Positions 9,473 through 17,933 of a stretch of 64,000 nucleotides of DNA are shown one piece after another. The notes beneath the pieces were generated by a model. The model was given only the letters and a program-made list of their open reading frames with translations, was not told where the DNA came from and searched no databases. The translations under genes and the position numbers were made by a program. Origin of the DNA: a bacterium (GTDB lineage: Bacteria > Patescibacteriota > Minisyncoccia > Phycocordibacterales > UBA6899); assembly GCA_043756865.1 (NCBI GenBank), contig JAYUQG010000030.1:30703-94702 (forward strand). The letters are read 5' to 3'. Every line of letters starts with the position of its first letter. Within the stretch, counting starts at the first letter, position 1.

Positions 9473-9994
9473 ATGCCCCCCACCGGTGAAGAACAAAATC
9501 ATGTTCAGTACGCAATGCTCGAGAACGAACTTGCTGCGCAAATGGCCGATGCGGAGCTTTTTGTACGTACGCTCGAAGATCGCGCAAAGGAAGAAGGTCG
9601 CGTACTTACGGGCGACGAGCGTAATCTCGCGCAAAAAATTCTGAATGCTCCCGCAGAGAGGGTTATTCCAATGGAAAGCGCGAAACTGCGCTCTTTCCTT
9701 AACCACATCGAGCCAAAGGAGTGGGCAAGATTTAATACTCTAGCGGCGGCCGTTGCAGAAGACCGTGAGGACGAGGCTGAGGTTGCATACTTTGTTGACC
9801 TCTACCACAATTTCTGTGCTGAATATGATGAATGGGTTAAAAGCTGGATTGGCACACTCGATCCCGATACCCTCACCGCATTGAGCGACGCATTGGCGGA
9901 CAAGGACAATCCGGAAGCACTTGTAACCGTCCAGCATATCACCGAGTCGCTTGTACTACGCAGAGAACGCCAGATTGACCGCATCGAAGAATAG
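9473..9994 (+). CDS. hypothetical acidic protein
   Basis: 173-aa ORF with good coding compositional signal, followed by a bidirectional terminator at 10003..10030. Confidence 0.45.
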   Translation: MPPTGEEQNHVQYAMLENELAAQMADAELFVRTLEDRAKEEGRVLTGDERNLAQKILNAPAERVIPMESAKLRSFLNHIEPKEWARFNTLAAAVAEDREDEAEVAYFVDLYHNFCAEYDEWVKSWIGTLDPDTLTALSDALADKDNPEALVTVQHITESLVLRRERQIDRIEE

Positions 9995-10002
9995 CCAAGA
10001 AC

Positions 10003-10030
10003 AAAAACCACCCAAGTGGGTGGTTTTTTT
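10003..10030. terminator. bidirectional rho-independent terminator
   Basis: AAAAA-ccacccaagtgggtgg-TTTTTTT, a perfect hairpin flanked by A and T runs, between convergent genes 9473..9994 (+) and copZ (-). Confidence 0.8.
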
Positions 10031-10033
10031 GTA

Positions 10034-10246
10034 TTATTTGGCTTTGTATCCGAGCGTTTCAATTTCTTTGATGATAGCTTCTTTCGAAGTCTTCTCATCA
10101 TCGAACTCCCAATCACCATTCTTTGCGTCATATGACACAAACACACTACTGACACCCTCAACACCCTCAGTGACCATCTGTATACCCGTCGCGCATGCAC
10201 CGCAGTGCATACCCTCTATGTCCATGTGTAATTTTTGTACTGCCAT
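10034..10246 (-). CDS. copZ: copper chaperone CopZ (HMA domain)
   Basis: 70 aa with the MxCxxC metal-binding motif GMHCGACA. Confidence 0.85.
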   Translation of the reverse strand: MAVQKLHMDIEGMHCGACATGIQMVTEGVEGVSSVFVSYDAKNGDWEFDDEKTSKEAIIKEIETLGYKAK

Positions 10247-10287
10247 ATAAATGTGAATAAATTAAGGTTACTTGTAATAAGTATATC

Positions 10288-10551
10288 CTATCTTTTAAAT
10301 TTTCTGAAAAGCATTAAGCATAGCATGCCGATTCCATAGAAAAGTGCGCAATTCAAGCCCGCTTCTACTGCAGCAACAAACCAATAAAGCGCGTCGTTGT
10401 TCCAACCCCAAGATGGAGCTAGCACGAGCGACCAAGGAAGGAGGCTCAGCATGAGACCAAGGTCGCCGAGAAACACTCTGTCGTAATCAATGATCGCCCA
10501 TGCAAAAACACATCCGTAGATCCCGACAAAGATAAGTGGAATATGTCTCAT
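10288..10551 (-). CDS. small hypothetical membrane protein
   Basis: 87 aa with two hydrophobic helices, between copZ and copA. Confidence 0.35.
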   Translation of the reverse strand: MRHIPLIFVGIYGCVFAWAIIDYDRVFLGDLGLMLSLLPWSLVLAPSWGWNNDALYWFVAAVEAGLNCALFYGIGMLCLMLFRKFKR

Positions 10552-10569
10552 GTAGCATCGTCGGTATAC

Positions 10570-13086
10570 CTAAACCTTCTTTGCAGCCAGTTCTTCTTCC
10601 TTCTTCGATTTCATGATTTGCTTTTCAATTGGTGGAACGAAGCGTTTCAATGTAAGCGAGTTCACCACAACCGAAATTGAGCTAAATGCCATGGCAAATC
10701 CTGCTATCTCAGGGCGTAGTGTTGCTTGCGAGAGGTTGAGGAAAGGTTGCCCAAGCCAGCCCAGATTCTCTTTGAGGCCGATGACCCAAAGAGCCGCCTG
10801 TCCTGCCGTTTGCGTGACCATAAGATGCGCTCCGGCGGCAACGGGAATAGCAACCACATTGTAGAAAAATGCCCAGAAAAGATTTTGCCACACCTTCTTG
10901 ATAGTCTTTGAAGAGAGCTGAATGGCCGTTGCTACGTCACGCAGGTCGTCTTTCACAAGAATGATTTCTCCGGTTTCTAGCGCAACGTCAGAGCCCGATC
11001 CAATAGCGATTCCGAGGTCACTCTGCGCAAGTGCAGGTGAGTCGTTGATACCGTCGCCCACCATAGCGACAACCTTCCCTTCTGCTTGCAGTTCTTTGAT
11101 TTTCTTCGCCTTATCCTGTGGAAGCACTTCTGCAAGGAAGCGATCGATGCCAACCTGCTTTGCAATCGCTGCTGCGGTACGAGGATTATCACCCGTAATC
11201 ATGATGATTTCTTTGCCCATGCGCTGTAGTTCTTGGATTGCTTCACGAGCGTAGGGCTTGAGTGCATCTGCCATTGCAATGAGCGCAACGAGCTTCCCGT
11301 CTACAACCATATAAACTGTGGTTTTGGCCTCTTCTTGTAGACGCGTCATGAGTGCCTCATGTGCCGTGGTGTCGACATTCAGCGTTTCCATGTACTTCTG
11401 ATTTCCAATGGCAATCTGCTTACCATTTACGTTTGCATGAAGTCCCATTCCTGCTACAGCCTCAAAATCTTTCGGTTCAAGGAGTTTCTTGCCCCCTTCT
11501 TTGCCCTTCTCCACCACTGCGCGTGCGAGTGGGTGCTCTGAGCCTGTTTCAAGCGATCCGGCGAGAAGGATTGCTTCTTCCTTGTCGAATGATGCGTCCA
11601 CCATTTCAAAGTCTGTAACAATTGGTTTTCCTATGGTAAGTGTACCGGTCTTGTCGAATGCCACTGCGGTAACACGATATGCCTTCTCAAGCGCCGCACC
11701 ACCTTTCAAAATTATGCCAAACTTTGCCGCCCGCCCAATACCCACCACCAGCGCCGTCGGAGTCGCGAGACCCATCGCACATGGACAAGAAATTACGAGT
11801 ACGGCGATCATCTTCGTGAGTGCGGGGCGGATTTGGTCTGGAACAAAGATAAAGTACCATACGCAAAATGTCAGCACCGAGAGAAATACTACTGCAGGAA
11901 CGAAGTATTCACTTATCTTATCTACGAGATCCTGAATGGGTGCTTTACGAGCCTGCGCCTCTTCAACCATGCGAATGATCTGGTAGAGGAGTGTGTCTTT
12001 CCCAATCTTCTCTGCTTTGACCTTTATAAGGCCTTCTTGATTGATGGTGGCTCCAATGACCTGATCACCGATGGTCTTGCCAACCGGAAATGACTCGCCC
12101 GTGACCACCTTCTCATCTAAATGTGTTTTTCCCTCAACAATAACCCCATCCACGGGTACTTTCTCACCGGGACGCACAAGGAGGACATCTCCCACAATGA
12201 GTTCAGCAAGTGGGACCGTGACTTCTTCGCCATTTCGCATGACATGCGCTTCTTTTGCCTCAAGCTTCATGAGCTCCTTGATCGCAGCTGATGCACGACC
12301 CTTGGCGACGATTTCTACATATCGCCCAAGCAAAATGAACACGAGGAGGGCTGCGGAGGATTCCCAGAACGGGTGGTCGATATTGAAGAACAGGAAGCCG
12401 AGCATGGAATAGAAGTACGCAGCTGAAGTACCGAGTGCGACAAGCACGTCCATGTTCGCAGACCCAACGCGAATCGATGTAAATGCATTGCGGTAAAACT
12501 GGTAGCCGATAATGAACTGAATTGGAGTAGAAAGGATCCAGTAGATCCAGTTGAGGTCTATGCGGATAGGAGGATTCATTGGATCTATTCCAAAGAGTAA
12601 GACAATGGCCTTCAACGGTTGTGCAATAAGCCAGAAAAGCCATTGAATACCGAATGAAATTGTACCCAAGATTCCGGACTCTGCTGTTGCAGGATACGAA
12701 AGCGACATGAAATCAAAGAGCTCATGCACATGTGTGAGGTTAAACATGTGAATCGCCATGTAATACGAGATGATAGGAAGCGCGAGTACAAGCGCAGCGA
12801 CAAAACGGCGTCGTGCCTCTTCTATTTTCCGAGCATCTTTGGCTTCATCTTCTTCAATAGAGGCAGATTCTTCGTCCGGACGAATAATATCGTACCCGAG
12901 CTGATTCATGAACTTGTCTATTTTCACAAGATCAATCTTTGTCTCGTCGTACTCAATCGCGGTTTTTTCCGCCCCATACGAGGTAGTCACGGACTGCACT
13001 CCCAGTTGCTTCCCGACAAGTTTGTCGATGAGCACCGAGCACGATGCGCAATGCATTCCTTTGACCTTGAGTACAACTTTTTGCAT
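10570..13086 (-). CDS. copA: copper-translocating P1B-type ATPase CopA
   Basis: 838 aa. N-terminal HMA GMHCASCS, the CPC motif in TM6 (ISCPCAMGLATP), the phosphorylation site DKTGTLT, and the hinge GDGINDSPAL. Confidence 0.95.
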   Translation of the reverse strand: MQKVVLKVKGMHCASCSVLIDKLVGKQLGVQSVTTSYGAEKTAIEYDETKIDLVKIDKFMNQLGYDIIRPDEESASIEEDEAKDARKIEEARRRFVAALVLALPIISYYMAIHMFNLTHVHELFDFMSLSYPATAESGILGTISFGIQWLFWLIAQPLKAIVLLFGIDPMNPPIRIDLNWIYWILSTPIQFIIGYQFYRNAFTSIRVGSANMDVLVALGTSAAYFYSMLGFLFFNIDHPFWESSAALLVFILLGRYVEIVAKGRASAAIKELMKLEAKEAHVMRNGEEVTVPLAELIVGDVLLVRPGEKVPVDGVIVEGKTHLDEKVVTGESFPVGKTIGDQVIGATINQEGLIKVKAEKIGKDTLLYQIIRMVEEAQARKAPIQDLVDKISEYFVPAVVFLSVLTFCVWYFIFVPDQIRPALTKMIAVLVISCPCAMGLATPTALVVGIGRAAKFGIILKGGAALEKAYRVTAVAFDKTGTLTIGKPIVTDFEMVDASFDKEEAILLAGSLETGSEHPLARAVVEKGKEGGKKLLEPKDFEAVAGMGLHANVNGKQIAIGNQKYMETLNVDTTAHEALMTRLQEEAKTTVYMVVDGKLVALIAMADALKPYAREAIQELQRMGKEIIMITGDNPRTAAAIAKQVGIDRFLAEVLPQDKAKKIKELQAEGKVVAMVGDGINDSPALAQSDLGIAIGSGSDVALETGEIILVKDDLRDVATAIQLSSKTIKKVWQNLFWAFFYNVVAIPVAAGAHLMVTQTAGQAALWVIGLKENLGWLGQPFLNLSQATLRPEIAGFAMAFSSISVVVNSLTLKRFVPPIEKQIMKSKKEEELAAKKV

Positions 13087-13112
13087 AACAGAATAATGAA
13101 ATGATTAAATAA

Positions 13113-13850
13113 TTACGGCAACATGCGCACGTCAGCTTTCTCGTCAGTGTGATATTCGTATTTCTTGTCACCAGCTTCAAGCACGACGCGGTACCCAGGA
13201 ACGAGCGCGGCTGTACACGCCCCTTCGGGAAATGGGATGTCGAGACATCCGTTTGACCAAGTGATTGCACTAAAGCTTACAATTTTGACATTTGTTTCGC
13301 CAATTTTTAATTCTGCGGCAAGCGATTTTTGAGCCAATACCACCACTGGAGGTGTTGGTCCTGCGGGTTCAATAATAGCTACCGTGTCATCCTCGATCTT
13401 CGGCGCTACTCCAATTTCATTGACATGGAGTACTCCAATTTGGTCAAAATGACTACGTTTCTGTCCCTTATATTTTCCTGACTCCGCTACACCTTCGTTA
13501 CATGATACTGAACAATAAAATTGGAAGTTGCCTGCTTTCGTAACTACAAACGGTGGTACATCAAGTGTGGCGCGGGCTGGGATACGCTGTGACACACCGT
13601 AGGCATCGATACCCACCCCGTGATCGTATTCATCTTCGTTCACAAACTTCATTTTCACCGTATCACCGCGAGTCGCATAAATGTGCTCAGGCTCAAATAC
13701 CCATGAATTTTTGAGAATGGTAATAGTAAACTCCTTGACCGATCCAGTGTCCACCGGTTTTTGTGAATCGGGAATAAGAAATGAGCGATAGATAACTCCT
13801 GATGCAATCAGGGCGACTAAGACGATCATCAATGTTATGTATTTGTTCAT
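13113..13850 (-). CDS. secreted/membrane-anchored cupredoxin-like domain protein (atypical copper-site ligands)
   Basis: N-terminal signal anchor. The domain GDTVKMKFVNEDEYDHGVGI...NFQFYCSVSCNEG parallels the plastocyanin-like C-terminus of ORF 38957..40267 (FEYYCSVGDHRAQGM), but has C-x-x-x-C in place of C-x-x-H-x-x-x-x-M. It is adjacent to copA. Confidence 0.45.
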   Translation of the reverse strand: MNKYITLMIVLVALIASGVIYRSFLIPDSQKPVDTGSVKEFTITILKNSWVFEPEHIYATRGDTVKMKFVNEDEYDHGVGIDAYGVSQRIPARATLDVPPFVVTKAGNFQFYCSVSCNEGVAESGKYKGQKRSHFDQIGVLHVNEIGVAPKIEDDTVAIIEPAGPTPPVVVLAQKSLAAELKIGETNVKIVSFSAITWSNGCLDIPFPEGACTAALVPGYRVVLEAGDKKYEYHTDEKADVRMLP

Positions 13851-13878
13851 ACGTGCTGTATATATCTATCAACTAAAA

Positions 13879-14259
13879 TTATGCTACGGGCTTTTCTTCA
13901 TTTTTTGCTTCTGACGTCAACTTGACTGGAGGAACTTGCAAATACTTCCAGACCCCAACCGAGAGCAACGCCATGAGTGTGAGAGAAGTCATCATTACGC
14001 CCCACCAGGGTCCAGTACCAGGCTTGAGTATGCTGGATCCCCCCTGTGCATGCGAGTGGTCCGTATGACCGTCTCCCACCCCGTCCGCGACAGGTGCAGG
14101 TGCATGATCATGCCCAGCTGCGCCCACCCCGCCCAAAAGCTCATAATTTGCTCCCACAGAAATATAGTGCGCACTCGCAGACATTGGCACAAATGCGCTC
14201 GCAGTAACGATCTGTATTGCAACGACGAGAAATGTGATTTTTTTAGCAGAGTTTTTCAT
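13879..14259 (-). CDS. His-rich putative metal-binding protein with signal peptide and C-terminal TM anchor
   Basis: 126 aa: signal peptide, a HDHAPAPVADGVGDGHTDHSH His cluster, and a C-terminal hydrophobic helix. Confidence 0.4.
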   Translation of the reverse strand: MKNSAKKITFLVVAIQIVTASAFVPMSASAHYISVGANYELLGGVGAAGHDHAPAPVADGVGDGHTDHSHAQGGSSILKPGTGPWWGVMMTSLTLMALLSVGVWKYLQVPPVKLTSEAKNEEKPVA

Positions 14260-14281
14260 ACGTAAGTCAGAAATAAATAAA

Positions 14282-15829
14282 TTAATGTCCGTGAGGCATC
14301 GACTCCTTCACCACTGGAGCTACATTTGGCGCAGACACACCTGCGTCGATCTTCTTGATCGCGTCACTCACTGTAGTTGCTGTTACTGCAGGCGCACCAT
14401 GATTCATAGACCCCATTTCCGCTCCACCTCCTGCTTGGCCTCCATGCCCCTTCACTCCCTCAAAGTTCATAAACCAAAATGGAAGGAAGACTGCGAATAC
14501 TGCAATTAGGAGAAGTGAGAGTGTGAGATACCAGTTCCTGCGCACATGCAGGAGCTGCTCTTCATATGCTTGCGAAGTTGCATCACGAAGTCCGCTTTCT
14601 GCTCCATAGCGCATTGCCTCTTCGAGTGCCAAACGCTCTTTTACAACCCCATCAAACTGGTTCTCTAATTCTTTTACCCGATTCCCCTGCTCACCTTCAG
14701 GAATGTGCAATACTACTTCGATACCGCGACGCTCTTCTTCAATCTTTGCAAGTTGTCTCTCAAGTTTTTGAATTTGGAGCGCAGGTGTTCCCAGTACGCG
14801 TTTCTTCTCCCTTGCATATGACCACCAAAATGGAAGGAGCCACAAAAACACGATGAACCAGTTGCCCCACTCAAGTGGCTGACCAAATATACCGCGGGAG
14901 TCTCCTTTGGCTACGCCATGGGCGTGAGCAACCTCAGTATTCAACTGCTCATTCATGCGCGTATTAAAGGCCTGCTCGTTGGTGATTTTTTCAAGAATGT
15001 TGTGTTGACCCGAATTCGTCCACCAATCATGAGTGAAGAGCCCAAGGGTGAGGATGAATCCTGCCACAAAGACCATCGCCCAACCGTTCACGCGCTCAAT
15101 CTTATCTTTGCGCGCAACGAGCCAATTAAGTCCATTCACCCCAAGCACTCCAAGCACCGCGAGAAGAATGAGCGGCAATACACGCCCAATCGCATGCACA
15201 AAGAACATTGACCATCCGTAGAATACATCTGCAGAAGAAGCAATTTCAATCAATATAAGTGGTGTTGCGGGGTGTGGACATCCAACACCGACATTACCGA
15301 GGAACATGCCGAGCAGAAATGCTTTGGCGTAATCTTTTCGCTTCTGAATGAAGTCGGGCGCAGAACCTGTATAGGAAGGCATGTGGAACTTCACAAGTCC
15401 TATCTCAGCAAGTGCGAAGGTATATGCAAATATACCCGCAAAGAAATATACCCAGTTCTTGATGTCATCTACTTGTGCTCCCATCATCGAAAGACCGGCT
15501 TTGCCTGCGAGCGCGGCGAGCACTCCGTACACAGAGAGCATGAGCGCGACACCAAGACCAAATGAGAGTGCTGTGCCGAGACCTTTGACGAGGCCTTTGC
15601 CCATGGAAAGTGGAACAATGACAAAAGCGAGAGGAAGCGTACACGGAAGCACAATCATCGTTAGCCCTGCCGCAAATGAGAAGAGATACCAGCCGAGTTT
15701 ACCCAGCTCTGCTCCTGCCTGTGGTGCAAGAAAAAGAAACCAGAAAAGCCCGACACCAATAACCGCAGTAATAATGAGTGCCGTAACTGCAATTATCGCC
15801 TTCAGTCTACTGTTTGATTGTTGTTCCAT
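14282..15829 (-). CDS. CcdA/DsbD-like transmembrane thiol-disulfide transporter domain fused to a coiled-coil region and a His-rich tail
   Basis: 515 aa. N-terminal ~270 aa polytopic with Cys-in-TM motifs LPCTLPLAF and GVGCPHP (compare CcdA PCVLPL). It is followed by a coiled coil, two more TM helices and a C-terminal ...MNHGAP...MPHGH. Confidence 0.45.
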   Translation of the reverse strand: MEQQSNSRLKAIIAVTALIITAVIGVGLFWFLFLAPQAGAELGKLGWYLFSFAAGLTMIVLPCTLPLAFVIVPLSMGKGLVKGLGTALSFGLGVALMLSVYGVLAALAGKAGLSMMGAQVDDIKNWVYFFAGIFAYTFALAEIGLVKFHMPSYTGSAPDFIQKRKDYAKAFLLGMFLGNVGVGCPHPATPLILIEIASSADVFYGWSMFFVHAIGRVLPLILLAVLGVLGVNGLNWLVARKDKIERVNGWAMVFVAGFILTLGLFTHDWWTNSGQHNILEKITNEQAFNTRMNEQLNTEVAHAHGVAKGDSRGIFGQPLEWGNWFIVFLWLLPFWWSYAREKKRVLGTPALQIQKLERQLAKIEEERRGIEVVLHIPEGEQGNRVKELENQFDGVVKERLALEEAMRYGAESGLRDATSQAYEEQLLHVRRNWYLTLSLLLIAVFAVFLPFWFMNFEGVKGHGGQAGGGAEMGSMNHGAPAVTATTVSDAIKKIDAGVSAPNVAPVVKESMPHGH

Positions 15830-15863
15830 GAATACGCGTGAATAATAAAAAATAACACACCCC

Positions 15864-16136
15864 CTATGCAGGAAGTGCGGAAAGTGACTTTAATTTTTCG
15901 ACAAATTTCTCCTTGTTGAAACCTCCTGTTGCAAATACTTCGTTATCCAAAATAATTCCTGGTGAAGCGAAAATCTGGTACTTGCTGACCATTTCCTGGC
16001 CTTCTGGTGTGATAATAGAGAGCTCCTTCATGGCGACGTTCTTCCACTCGCCTTCAATCGTCTTCCAGTATTCTAAAAATTCATGGCAGTGGGTACAGCC
16101 AGGAGCGGTCAATACTTCGAGTGTAATGTTCTTCAT
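15864..16136 (-). CDS. small thioredoxin/glutaredoxin-like protein
   Basis: 90 aa with a CxxC active site APGCTHCH; adjacent to the CcdA-like gene. Confidence 0.65.
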   Translation of the reverse strand: MKNITLEVLTAPGCTHCHEFLEYWKTIEGEWKNVAMKELSIITPEGQEMVSKYQIFASPGIILDNEVFATGGFNKEKFVEKLKSLSALPA

Positions 16137-16292
16137 TCCTCATATTATATGCCATTTTTGACAAAATACTTGAAATCTTATCCACATTCATAATTTCCGA
16201 TTACACCCCTAGCTTATCGTTATCTTTTTCCGTATAGTTAATTAAGCAACTTCTTTACATGTGTAGTTTTTACCTTTTGAAAGGGGCAATAT

Positions 16293-17021
16293 ATGGCTAC
16301 GACCCCAAAACGTGCCGCACCGGCTGTTCCGCCCGCAAAAGACAGACGCAGACGCAAAAATCTGAGTCCCAGTGACACCTTGTGGTATTGGGCAACTTCT
16401 GGTTTTCATCTCACGCAACGCACGATTTACCTCGGCAGTGCGACAACTGATGTGGAGGGTAGCGAGAGTTCTGTCGACTCGGCAATGGCAAAGAACTTCG
16501 AAATTGCGATGCGCGCAGTCGAGCATGCTGACCCCAAAGGGCCGATCACCGTACTCATGAACAACCCCGGCGGCGATTGGTACCACGGTATGGCAATCTA
16601 CGACCGCATCACGGATTCGTCTTGCCATGTCACCATTTTGGCAACTGGATACGTCATGAGCATGGCGAGCGTTATCTTGCAGGCTGCTGACAAGCGCTTG
16701 TTGACGCGTAATGCGACGATGATGATTCACAGTGGGACTAACGGATTTTCCGGACATTCCCACGACTTTGTCCGCGCTGCAAAAGAAAACGAACGCATGA
16801 CGCTTGATATGGAGCAAATCTATCTTGGGCGCATGCTCGCAAAAGACCCGACGATGACAATCGACAAGATTCGTCAAATGCTCTTGTTCGATACGTTTAT
16901 CGATGCACCCAAAGCTATTAGGCTTGGTCTCGCAGACTGCCTTAATCCGCGCACCAAACACAAGCGGACGAAGGCGACTACGACTCCACCACCGCCTGTC
17001 CCGACAACCCCTCTATCTTGA
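16293..17021 (+). CDS. ClpP/S14-family serine peptidase homolog with basic N-terminal and Pro/Thr-rich C-terminal tails
   Basis: Core ...MNNPGGDWYHGMAIYD...GYVMSMASVIL...MIHSG... matches ClpP (GxxxSMGS nucleophile, MIHQP His motif). Extra tails MATTPKRAAPAVPPAKDRRRRK and ...KATTTPPPPVPTTPLS. No clpX is adjacent. Confidence 0.55.
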   Translation: MATTPKRAAPAVPPAKDRRRRKNLSPSDTLWYWATSGFHLTQRTIYLGSATTDVEGSESSVDSAMAKNFEIAMRAVEHADPKGPITVLMNNPGGDWYHGMAIYDRITDSSCHVTILATGYVMSMASVILQAADKRLLTRNATMMIHSGTNGFSGHSHDFVRAAKENERMTLDMEQIYLGRMLAKDPTMTIDKIRQMLLFDTFIDAPKAIRLGLADCLNPRTKHKRTKATTTPPPPVPTTPLS

Positions 17022-17096
17022 GGGGTTTTTTAATATCATAGACGGCTCACTTTTTTGTGTTAGGGTAACACGAGTAATGTACTCAAGGAGATTCGT

Positions 17097-17591
17097 GTGG
17101 AAAAACTCCGCATTCGCCGCATTAATCGCGGAAACTGGAGCAAGTGGTCGAGGGTTGTCATGAAAACAATGCGCGCGGTGCTCCCAAAGGCAACTTGCCT
17201 CAGCGCAGCGCAAATGCGTTCAATATTTTCGGAATGTAGTTACGCTGCGTTCGTCGCGACAAAAGGAAAAAACTTTGCGGGATTTTCACTGGGATTCTTT
17301 CACGCTTTCGTGGACGATCCAGAAATTGCGGCACTCAAAGACAAAAATATTTTCCACCTTTGTCTCAACATCATCGAACCTAAGTTTCAAGGGGGCGGAA
17401 TCGGACTCGCCCTACTCCAGACTCGCATCAACGAGGCGAAGAGGCGCGGTGCACGCAACTGCACCTGCTTCGCAAGAAGCGGAGCGTCACTCCACAACCT
17501 AAAGAAAGTTGGTGGAAAAACCATCGGCATACGTAAAAACTATGGCGAAAGTGGCGAGACATTTCATATTGTACGCATCAATATTGCGTGA
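17097..17591 (+). CDS. GNAT-family N-acetyltransferase
   Basis: GTG start with an AAGGAG SD 6 nt upstream; acetyl-CoA motif QGGGIGLALL. Confidence 0.55.
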   Translation: MEKLRIRRINRGNWSKWSRVVMKTMRAVLPKATCLSAAQMRSIFSECSYAAFVATKGKNFAGFSLGFFHAFVDDPEIAALKDKNIFHLCLNIIEPKFQGGGIGLALLQTRINEAKRRGARNCTCFARSGASLHNLKKVGGKTIGIRKNYGESGETFHIVRINIA

Positions 17592-17870
17592 CAAAAAAGC
17601 ACACTCACAATACGATAATTGACAAAATGACTGTGGCGGGTTAGTGTGCAAGAAGTAACTGGCAGTTCGATTCGTGTATCCATCTCTATATATAGAGACT
17701 TTCGGTGCAGTCATATATCTCCCGAACACAGGGCATGGGACCAAGACACCACCCCTTATGGATACGCCAATCTACTGCGCATACTCGCGTGAGTATTCCG
17801 CGAGTTCCGCGACCCCGGGGCAGGCACGCGAGTGTAGATGCACTCACCTGCCCCGGCCGCCACCCACAGA

Positions 17871-17893
17871 CCACACCTGCGTGTGGTTTTTTT
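17871..17893 (+). terminator. rho-independent terminator (plus strand)
   Basis: ccacacctgcgtgtgg followed by TTTTTTT. Confidence 0.7.
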
Positions 17894-17896
17894 GCA

Positions 17897-17927
17897 TAAA
17901 AAAACCGCGCCATGTTTATGGCGCGGG
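17897..17927 (-). terminator. rho-independent terminator (minus strand) for gene 17934..20726
   Basis: On the minus strand, ccgcgccataaacatggcgcgg followed by TTTTTTT. Confidence 0.75.
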
Positions 17928-17933
17928 GTTCTA

